Source: Candidatus Sericytochromatia bacterium (GTDB taxonomy: Bacteria; Cyanobacteriota; Sericytochromatia; S15B-MN24; UBA4093). From it: a stretch of DNA of 64,000 nt. The notes under the pieces are model-generated. The model was not told the DNA's origin and made no database searches. It saw nothing but the letters and a program-made list of their open reading frames with translations. Each line of letters begins with the position of its first letter. Within the stretch, counting starts at the first letter, position 1. The stretch lies in contig JAKFCT010000047.1 of the NCBI GenBank assembly GCA_036676495.1, forward strand, positions 32,001 through 96,000, written 5' to 3'. A program made the translations under genes and the position numbers. This document shows, piece by piece, positions 35,892 through 43,498 of this stretch.

Positions 35892-38177
35892 GTGGCTCTG
35901 CAGCATGGGACATGGCTTAGGTTCCTGAGGTCGGTCCTACCCCGGGAGGCTCGTGGCGGCCGGGGGGGCTGGTCACTTAGCCTTCGCTCTCGCCTGTTGT
36001 TACTGGTCCTCTTTTCGGTCGTGCCGGCCATGGGGCTGATGGTCCGCTCGGCCGCCGAGCAGCGCCAGATGGCGCTGAACGAGGCCCGCCAGAGCGCCTT
36101 TGCCCTCATACGACCCGCTTCTTTTCAATACGACCGCATCATCCAGGAGACTCGGCAGTTGCTGGTGCTCTTGGCGGCACATCCCCAGTTGCTCGATCCG
36201 CGAAAGCCGGACTGTCACGAGTTCCTGGCCTCCGTGCGGGACAAGTACCCCTACTATGCCAACATCGCCATGCTCAATCGCCAAGGGGAAGTCACGTGCA
36301 GTGCCATCCCGTTCTCCGGCAAGCTCGATTTGAGGCGATTGCCGCACGCCGAGCGCGCCATGCGCACCGGAGAGCTCGCCATCGGCGACTATGAGATCGG
36401 CCCCATCTCGAATCAGGCGGTGCTAGGCTTCATGTACCCGATTCGCGAGGCCGATGGGCGAATCACGGGGGTTCTGGGCGCCACGGTGCAATTGTCGTGG
36501 CTCAGTCAGCTGGCGGCGCAGGCCCACTTGCCGCCCGGATCAGCCGTGATGCTGGTGGATCACAACGGCAAGGTGCTCGCAGTCCAACCGCATCCGGAAG
36601 CGTGGGTCGGGAAGAACGTCGCCCGCTTGCCGGTCGTCCGGACGATCCTCGAACAGAAGTCCGGGGTGGTCGAGGGGCTGGGGCCGGATGATCAAGAGCG
36701 ACTCTATTCGTTTTCCCCCTTGGGAGGGGATCCCGACGTCCCCAGCGCCTACCTGGCGGTCGGAATTCCCCGTCAAGTGGCCTTCGCCAAGGCCGACGCG
36801 ATGCTCGGCCGCAACCTGGCAGGCATGGGGTTGATCGGCTTGTTCAGTTTGCTCGTGGCCTGGATCATGGGCGATTGGTTCGTGTTACGCAAGGTTCAGA
36901 CGCTGATCAATGCCACCAAACGCCTGGCGAGCGGAGACTTGAGCGTTCGGACCGGCATGCCCCGAGGGGGCGATGAGTTTGCGCGGCTGGCCTTCTCGTT
37001 CGACGAGATGGCCGAGGCCCTCGAAGGCCTCACGCAACGCTACGAGCTGATCCTGAATTCGGCGGGAGAGGGAATCTACGGCGGCGATCGCGACGGCGTC
37101 ATCCAGTTCATCAATCCGACCGCCGCACACATGGTCGGCTACGAAGTCGAGGAGTTGGTCGGCCGGAACGGACATGCGCTGCTTCATCACTCCCGACCGG
37201 ACGGGTGCCCCTATCCTGCCTCCGAGTGTCCGGTGCTTCAAACGGTGCAGGACGGCCGGGTCCGTTCGGTGACAGACGAGGTATTCTGGCGCAAGGACGG
37301 CTCCATGTGTCCAATCGAATACCTCGTCTCCCCCATCCGCAAGGGCGGTCACATCGTGGGCGTCGTGCTCCTCATCAAGGATCTCAGCGAGCGGAGGAAA
37401 GCCGAGCTGGAGCAAACCCGGCTCAAGAGGCGCGAAGAGGCCGCCCACGCCGAGCTTGAGGCGGTCAAGCAGCTTGATGCCATGAAGAACAACTTCGTCA
37501 ACGCCGTCTCCCACGATCTCCGGACGCCCCTGACCTCCATCATGGGCTATGCCGAGTTCCTCGACGAGGAGATTGCGGGGCCTCTGACGCCCCAGCAGCG
37601 CGACTTCATCACCCAGATCGAGCGAGGCGCCAAGCGGCTCGAGTTCCTGGTCAACGATCTCCTCGACTTCGCCCGCCTGGACGCCGGGACCTTCGCGCTG
37701 CGACGGGAACCCATCGACCTGCGTACCGCCATTCAAGCAATCAGCGAGAGCGCCCAACCGCAAGCGGCGGACGCCCACGTCGCCATCCAGGTCGATTTGC
37801 CGGACGAGTCTTTGGTCGCCATGCTGGATGCGCCCCGCATCGAACGCGTGCTGTCCAATCTCCTCAGCAATGCCCTCAAATTCTCGCCAGCCGGCGGTAC
37901 GATCCGGATCCGGGCCTACAACGAGGCCGGTTCGCTGTATGCCGAGGTGGTGGATCAGGGCCCCGGCATCATTCCTGAGGACCTACCGAAGTTGTTCCAT
38001 CGCTTTGCTCAGCTTGCGGATGGCCAGCGCAAGGGTGGGACGGGCCTCGGCTTGAGCATCAGCAAGGCGATCATCGAGGCGCATGGCGGCCAAATTGGGG
38101 TGCGCAGCCAGGTGGGCGTCGGCAGCACGTTCTGGTTCCGGGTACCGCTCGATGTGGCGGACAAGGGGGCCGCGTGA
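35892..38177 (+). CDS. Membrane sensor histidine kinase (Cache-like, HAMP, PAS, HisKA, HATPase)
   Basis: Two TM segments, PAS (FWRKDGS), SHDLRTPL, NLLSNALKFS, DQGPGI, GTGLGL. Start uncertain. Confidence 0.92.
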   Translation: MALQHGTWLRFLRSVLPREARGGRGGWSLSLRSRLLLLVLFSVVPAMGLMVRSAAEQRQMALNEARQSAFALIRPASFQYDRIIQETRQLLVLLAAHPQLLDPRKPDCHEFLASVRDKYPYYANIAMLNRQGEVTCSAIPFSGKLDLRRLPHAERAMRTGELAIGDYEIGPISNQAVLGFMYPIREADGRITGVLGATVQLSWLSQLAAQAHLPPGSAVMLVDHNGKVLAVQPHPEAWVGKNVARLPVVRTILEQKSGVVEGLGPDDQERLYSFSPLGGDPDVPSAYLAVGIPRQVAFAKADAMLGRNLAGMGLIGLFSLLVAWIMGDWFVLRKVQTLINATKRLASGDLSVRTGMPRGGDEFARLAFSFDEMAEALEGLTQRYELILNSAGEGIYGGDRDGVIQFINPTAAHMVGYEVEELVGRNGHALLHHSRPDGCPYPASECPVLQTVQDGRVRSVTDEVFWRKDGSMCPIEYLVSPIRKGGHIVGVVLLIKDLSERRKAELEQTRLKRREEAAHAELEAVKQLDAMKNNFVNAVSHDLRTPLTSIMGYAEFLDEEIAGPLTPQQRDFITQIERGAKRLEFLVNDLLDFARLDAGTFALRREPIDLRTAIQAISESAQPQAADAHVAIQVDLPDESLVAMLDAPRIERVLSNLLSNALKFSPAGGTIRIRAYNEAGSLYAEVVDQGPGIIPEDLPKLFHRFAQLADGQRKGGTGLGLSISKAIIEAHGGQIGVRSQVGVGSTFWFRVPLDVADKGAA

Positions 38178-38578
38178 GCCCGTGACGGTGACATCCCTTG
38201 ATCCTCGAGGCCAAAGCCCATGCGTCCTCTTCCCCATGAGCACGGGTTCGAAGGTGTGGAATTCCAGCTCGCGAACCGAACCGCATGGGGTTCCAGAGCA
38301 GTTTGAAGAGACCGCGCAGGCCAGCGCGCTGCCGTACGAGGCGGATTCCTTCGGCGACGATGCCCATGGCCGTTCCATCATGCGGCCGTCCCGCGGGGAC
38401 CTCAAGCGGCACCTGACTTTCCTCAAGGGCGAGTCCCGGCGTGCGCGCTTCGCGAAAGAAACATCCTGGGCTGAGTTCCTGCTTAGCCTGCCCGCCAAGT
38501 AAGTAGAGGGACAAGTAACGAGAGCCTGACGTGAAGCCGAGTTCCCGTTTGGTTCGCGGGTCGCCACGGCTCGGAGCC

Positions 38579-38622
38579 ATGCAAAGCGGGCAGAGCATCC
38601 AGCCACTCTGACCGCTTTGCAT
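38579..38622. terminator. Stem-loop just downstream of the displaced ychF stop copy
   Basis: atgcaaagcgg..cagag / ctctg..ccgctttgcat, 11 nt from the TAA of the 38634-38660 copy. Confidence 0.6.
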
Positions 38623-38637
38623 TGGGCTGCAGTTTAG

Positions 38638-38699
38638 ACGTTGAAGCGGAAGTGCATGACAACACCCTTTCGTACCGTTCAACACTTCGAGTGGCCACT
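38638..38699. repeat. att-like junction: copy of ychF 3' end + conserved motif
   Basis: acgttgaagcggaagtgcatgac is identical to 40241-40263 (23/23; minus strand reads VMHFRFNV*), then N16, then gttcaacacttcgagtggccact. Confidence 0.92.
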
Positions 38700-38931
38700 T
38701 CCCCTCGTAACGACGCCAACCCTCCTAGGCTCCAAGGGGTAGGGCGACGCAACGCTTCCTGGTACGTCGGCTCCTACGCAAACGGGTATCCGGCGCTCAA
38801 GCGATAGAACGCACGCCCCCGTTGTCCCAGAGGAATATGCCTAGCCCTAGGCGAAGCGGCGCAGATCGGTGGAGGGTACGGGCGCGTGACTCCAGGCGGA
38901 ACACTACAATGGCTATGCGAGGAGGGGACAT

Positions 38932-39387
38932 ATGCCTGAATCACGAGTCTCACGAACAACGGATACCCCGAAGGGTTCGCGAAGCATCCAGCTGGGCCTG
39001 CTGGTCCTGCATGTTTTCGTTTCGCTGGGAGCCCTCTATGGCGGAGGCCTCCTTAGCCTGTTTCCAGACGGCTCGGCCTTGGGCACGCCGCTGGAGATGC
39101 TGCGCTACACGCCCTTTCCGGACTTCCGGATACCCGGCTTGATTCTCTTCTGGGTCATCGGGGTCGGCCACATGGTCGCCGGCATTGCGATCATGCGGCA
39201 TCCTGCAAGGGCTTGGTTGCTGACGGCGGTCATGGGGCTCGTGCTCATGGGCTGGATCGTGATCCAGGTCCTCTTGATTCGCGGATCTCACGGAGTCCAC
39301 TTCCTGTACTTCGGGCTTGGGCTTGTGATTTGCGGGGCAGGCGTCTCGCTTTGGCCGCGGATGAAAAGTCGGAGCAGGCGGGGATAA
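38932..39387 (+). CDS. Hypothetical 4-TM membrane protein
   Basis: GGAGG RBS, four hydrophobic segments, TPFPDFRIPGLILF motif. Confidence 0.75.
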   Translation: MPESRVSRTTDTPKGSRSIQLGLLVLHVFVSLGALYGGGLLSLFPDGSALGTPLEMLRYTPFPDFRIPGLILFWVIGVGHMVAGIAIMRHPARAWLLTAVMGLVLMGWIVIQVLLIRGSHGVHFLYFGLGLVICGAGVSLWPRMKSRSRRG

Positions 39388-39665
39388 GAGCGTCTTGCCG
39401 TACGTTGAGCCCCAAAGAGAAGGGCTCCGCCTCCTACGCCCACGCAATCGCGTGAGGGCGTTCCTCGTCGTTCGCCCAGATCGGGCCTCGAAACACGGCT
39501 GCCCCATGAACGCCGATAACGGCCGATCCCTCAGCCTGAGCACCACACTCCGAACAACACCCCCTTCGTTTTCGGGTGGTCGAGATTAGACGCAGAAATC
39601 GCGACGCCCTTTAGGCTGATCCGAAAAGGATTCGTGGCTCAACTCGTCGACGGGAGGCACTTAGG

Positions 39666-40223
39666 TTGAAGGAAACCATTGATTCCGAGCTTCTGATTAC
39701 GGCGCTCAAAACCGCCGGAGTCAAACTGGACCCAGGTCTAACCGACGCCGAAGTAGCCGCTATTGAACGCACCTTCGGGATACGCTTCCCACACGACCTC
39801 AAGAGGTTGCTACAACATGCCCTTCCGGTCGGCGACCGCTTTCCCAACTGGCGTCAGGATTCCCAAGAGCTTCGGGACCAGCTCAATTGGCCGATTCAAG
39901 GGATCTTCTTCGATATCGAGCAGAGTGACTTTTGGTGGCCCGGCTGGGGAGCGAAGCCAGCGTCACTAACGGAAGCATTGAGCATTGCAGCCGGTGAGTT
40001 GTGGCGCGTTCCAATCTTGATCCCGATCTACGGGCACCGCTACATTCCGATGGAACCCCAGGAATCGGGAAACCCCATCTTCTCTGTGTACCAAACCGAC
40101 ATCATCTACCATGGTTGCAACCTCGCGGACTACCTTCACAACGAGTTTGCCTTGGATACTCCGACCGTCCCAAAGACATCACCTCGCCCCATACGGTTCT
40201 GGGACGAGGTGATCGAGCGCTAA
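39666..40223 (+). CDS. SMI1/KNR4 (SUKH) family protein
   Basis: GLTDAEVAAIERTFGIRFPHDL, LIPIYGHRY, GNPIFSVYQTDII. GGAGG before the TTG start. Confidence 0.82.
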   Translation: MKETIDSELLITALKTAGVKLDPGLTDAEVAAIERTFGIRFPHDLKRLLQHALPVGDRFPNWRQDSQELRDQLNWPIQGIFFDIEQSDFWWPGWGAKPASLTEALSIAAGELWRVPILIPIYGHRYIPMEPQESGNPIFSVYQTDIIYHGCNLADYLHNEFALDTPTVPKTSPRPIRFWDEVIER

Positions 40224-40236
40224 TCGATATTGATAT

Positions 40237-41334
40237 CTATACGTTGAAGCGGAAGTGCATGACGTCGCCGTCCTTGACCTCGTAGGTCTTCCCTTCGAGG
40301 CGAAGGAGGCCCTTCTCCTTGGCGGCGGTTTCCGAGCCGCAGGTGACCAGGTCATGGTAGGCGGTGACCTCGGCCCGGATGAAGCCGCGCTCGAAGTCGG
40401 TGTGGATGACGCCGGCGGCGCCCGGAGCGAGCGTTCCGCGGGTGATGGTCCAGGCCCGCACCTCCTTGACCCCGGCGGTGAAGTAGGTGATGAGGTCGAG
40501 GATCCGGTAGGTCGAGCGGATCAGCTTATTCAGGCCGCTCTCGGCGACGCCCAGGTCCGAAAGGTACTCGACGGCTTCCTCGGGGCTGAGCTGGGCGAGC
40601 TCGGACTCGATCTGCGCCGAGATGGTGACGACCTCGGCCTTCTCGGAGGCCGCGAACTCCTTGACCTTCTGGACCAGGGGGAGGTTCTCGGCGTCGGCCA
40701 GGTCTCCCTCGGCCACGTTGGCGGCGTAGATCACGGGCTTGTTGGTGAGCAGGGGAACCTGCTTCATGATGACCAGCTCCTCGGGGGAGAGATCCGCCGT
40801 GCGCGCCCACTTGCCCTCATCGAGCTGGGCTTTGATCTTCTCGAGGACGTCGACCAGGGCGGCCGCCGCCTTGTCGCCGGACTTGGCAGGCTTGCGGTTG
40901 CGCTCGAGGATCTTCTCGACGGTGCCGAGGTCCGCGAGGGCCAGCTCGAGGTTGATGGTCTCGATGTCGCGGATCGGATCGACTCCGCCCTCGACGTGGG
41001 TGATGTTGCCGTCCTCGAAGCAGCGGACCACCTCGACGATGGCATCCACCTCGCGGATATGCGCGAGGAACTGGTTGCCGAGCCCCTCGCCCTGGCTGGC
41101 GCCGCGCACCAGGCCGGCGATGTCCACGAACTCGATGGCGGTCGGGATGACGGTCGTGGTCTTGACGATGCCCTGGAGCACGCCGAGCCGCTCGTCCGGC
41201 ACCGTGACGACGCCGACGTTCGGGTCGATGGTGGCGAAGGGGTAGTTCGCAGCGAGGGCGCCCGCCCGGGTCAATGCGTTAAAAAGGGTCGATTTGCCGA
41301 CGTTGGGAAGGCCGACGATTCCTGCGCGAAGCAA
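40237..41334 (-). CDS. ychF: Redox-regulated ribosome-binding ATPase YchF
   Basis: GLPNVGKST, ANYPFATIDPN, DIAGLV, TGS domain, C-terminus GDVMHFRFNV. Confidence 0.97.
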   Translation of the reverse strand: MLRAGIVGLPNVGKSTLFNALTRAGALAANYPFATIDPNVGVVTVPDERLGVLQGIVKTTTVIPTAIEFVDIAGLVRGASQGEGLGNQFLAHIREVDAIVEVVRCFEDGNITHVEGGVDPIRDIETINLELALADLGTVEKILERNRKPAKSGDKAAAALVDVLEKIKAQLDEGKWARTADLSPEELVIMKQVPLLTNKPVIYAANVAEGDLADAENLPLVQKVKEFAASEKAEVVTISAQIESELAQLSPEEAVEYLSDLGVAESGLNKLIRSTYRILDLITYFTAGVKEVRAWTITRGTLAPGAAGVIHTDFERGFIRAEVTAYHDLVTCGSETAAKEKGLLRLEGKTYEVKDGDVMHFRFNV

Positions 41335-41396
41335 CGGGTATACCTCCTGGGATGATCGAAGCTGGACGGCCGCGCCACGCGGGCCGAACCGCTAGT

Positions 41397-41705
41397 TTAC
41401 CACCCCGGAAGCCCCGAGACAAAGGGGCGCACCTCGTGATCGATCCGATCCGCCATGGCGTCCTCGGCCACGCTCAGGTCGTAGCGCTGCTGGAGATTGA
41501 GCCAGAGGGCGGGGGTGAGGCCGAAGAACCGGCCCAGACGCAGGGCCAGCTCGGCGGTGACGGGAGCGCGCCCCGCCAGGACGGCGCGGACGCGCGAGGC
41601 CGGGACTCCCAGTTCGCGGGCGAGCTGGGAAGCCGCGAGGCCGTAGGGGCGCATCAGCTCCTCGCGCAGGATCGCTCCGGGATGGAGAGGGGGCAGGCGC
41701 GTCAC
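41397..41705 (-). CDS. higA: HigA-family antitoxin
   Basis: HPGAILREE, ALRLGRFFG....WLNLQ..YDL. Confidence 0.9.
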   Translation of the reverse strand: MTRLPPLHPGAILREELMRPYGLAASQLARELGVPASRVRAVLAGRAPVTAELALRLGRFFGLTPALWLNLQQRYDLSVAEDAMADRIDHEVRPFVSGLPGW

Positions 41706-41998
41706 GGAGCGCCGTGCCCCGGAGCGACCAGCTCCACCTGGTAGGCGTCCCCGTCCATCCAGCGGAAGCGCAGGGTCCAGCCGTCGGCGATCGCCACCTC
41801 ATGCTGCCCCTTATGCGATCCCCCCGCCAAGGTATGCAGCCGATTCTCCGGCAGGCGCTGGAGATCGGAAAGCCGCACGGCGCTGTCGAGCAGCGCGAGC
41901 TTGCGCCGCGCGACGCGCATGATCTCAGGGGGCAGGTTCTGCGGGGGCCTCCGCTGAAACAGCGCCTCGGCCTCCGGATCCCGAAAGGTCCTCAGCAT
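41702..41998 (-). CDS. higB: HigB/RelE-family toxin (plasmid-maintenance-killer type)
   Basis: [31 protein letters not shown]. Toxin-first order. Confidence 0.85.
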   Translation of the reverse strand: MLRTFRDPEAEALFQRRPPQNLPPEIMRVARRKLALLDSAVRLSDLQRLPENRLHTLAGGSHKGQHEVAIADGWTLRFRWMDGDAYQVELVAPGHGAP

Positions 41999-42290
41999 GC
42001 TCCGAGTCTACGGAAACGGCGCCCAGGGCACCAAGCTCGGGAGGGAGGATCCCCTTGGCGATGAGGGCCTGCTTCTGGGGGAGGCGCAGGTGGCGGATCC
42101 GGTACTCGGCGGAGAGGGCCTGGCCCTTGGTGGGAAACTCCCAGGCGGCGACGGCCGTGACCGGGAGGCGGGCGCGGGTGTACTTGGCGCCCTTGCCGGC
42201 GTTATGCGCGCGGAGGCGGCGGGGGAGATCGGTGGTATAGCCGGTGTAGAGCGTGCCATCGGCGCAGCGCAGCAGGTAGACCAGGTGCAT
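41925..42290 (-). CDS. GIY-YIG nuclease (YhbQ/UPF0213-like)
   Basis: [20 protein letters not shown]...[13 protein letters not shown]. Confidence 0.9.
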   Translation of the reverse strand: MHLVYLLRCADGTLYTGYTTDLPRRLRAHNAGKGAKYTRARLPVTAVAAWEFPTKGQALSAEYRIRHLRLPQKQALIAKGILPPELGALGAVSVDSEHAEDLSGSGGRGAVSAEAPAEPAP

Positions 42291-42381
42291 GCCTGTAGCC
42301 TAGCGGCCCGGGGCGGGGGAATCAAGCCGCATGCCCTGAAACGACGAAAGGCGCCCTCTGCGGGCGCCGGAAAGGTCCGGG

Positions 42382-42882
42382 CTAGTGGCGGCCGGAGGAT
42401 CGCATGCCCATCTGCGCCCAGATCAGGGAGATGGACTCCAGCATGAGGATGCCGTTGCGGTTGCCCGGCTGCGCCAGGAGGCAGAGGCGCCAGCGGCGCT
42501 CCAGGGCCATGAGATCCTCGTGGCTGTAGGCCGTCGGATCGAGGCGGGTGATCACCTGGCGCAGATCGAGATCCAGGGTCTCGGCCAGCTGGACCAGGAC
42601 GAAGATCGACGGCTGGGAGACCAGGTTATGCTCGAGTTTGACCAGGTAGGTGGCGTTGATGCCGGTCACGGTCTGAAGCTGCAAGAGGCTCAGGCCCTTG
42701 CTGATGCGGGCCTGACTGAGCACGAAGCCCAAGGACTGGCTGTTGCGCGCCTGCTGCCAGGCGCTGATCAGCTGCGTCGGGCTCTCGGGCACCCAGCTCG
42801 AAGGGATCGCGTCAACGGGCGACGGCGAAGGACGCCTCAAGGCTCTCAAGGCACGGATCAGGGCGTTGAACCACTTCAACAT
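42382..42882 (-). CDS. XRE-family HTH protein
   Basis: LSQARISKGLSLLQL...TGINATYLVKLE....QPS. Confidence 0.7.
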   Translation of the reverse strand: MLKWFNALIRALRALRRPSPSPVDAIPSSWVPESPTQLISAWQQARNSQSLGFVLSQARISKGLSLLQLQTVTGINATYLVKLEHNLVSQPSIFVLVQLAETLDLDLRQVITRLDPTAYSHEDLMALERRWRLCLLAQPGNRNGILMLESISLIWAQMGMRSSGRH

Positions 42883-43347
42883 GGGTACCGTCCTTTGGTA
42901 GACAGCGCGGGCAGACCTCGGCAGCGTAAAGACCCTTCACAAAAATTATGAATCATCGCCGAGGCCTTGGCAAGACGTTTAATCGAGAATTCACAGAAGT
43001 CTCACCCAAGCTTACCTGGGCTTAACGCAGGATAACCGCTCCCCGCCTCGCACAGCGCCCTGCGGCGCCCGAGCGCAAAGGAGTCTCAGCCTCCCGAAAA
43101 CCGCCCCGAACGGCATGCGGGGAAACGGTCATGCTCCAGCCTAACAAGAACGCCCCCCTCTCGGGTTAGCTCCCTTGGATGAAGGAATTCAGCAGGCCGG
43201 CGCCGGCCCGCCCCCCCACCCGCGATCGGACGCCCGGCCCCCGCAAGCCCCCCCGCCCCGGGCCAATTTCCCGCTTGACAAAGCCGAATTTCCGGCGTTC
43301 TAGACAAGCGAATCTAGTGGATGCTACAGTGAGTTTCGACGCTGACT

Positions 43348-43363
43348 ACACTACATCTAGTGT
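43348..43363. promoter_or_regulatory. NrdR box
   Basis: acactacatctagtgt fits acaCwAtATaTwGtgt upstream of nrdJ. Weaker half-match at 43305-43320. Confidence 0.8.
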
Positions 43364-43498
43364 GAGGCGAACGCCTGGTTGTTAAATCTTAACAAACCGC
43401 CCTTAACTTCTCTGATCGCCAACCGGGACGCCCTTCTCGGCTCATGCCCCAGGATTCTTACCACTCATTCTCGATTCGATAGGACACGGAGATTTCGC

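Noticed and set aside
38236-38502. Small ORF or integrase remnant after the histidine kinase
   Set aside because: No recombinase motif or RBS recognisable, so left unannotated.
43086-43307. Cobalamin riboswitch or small ORF upstream of nrdJ
   Set aside because: No B12-box or conserved core recognised, and the ORF has no RBS or protein-like features.
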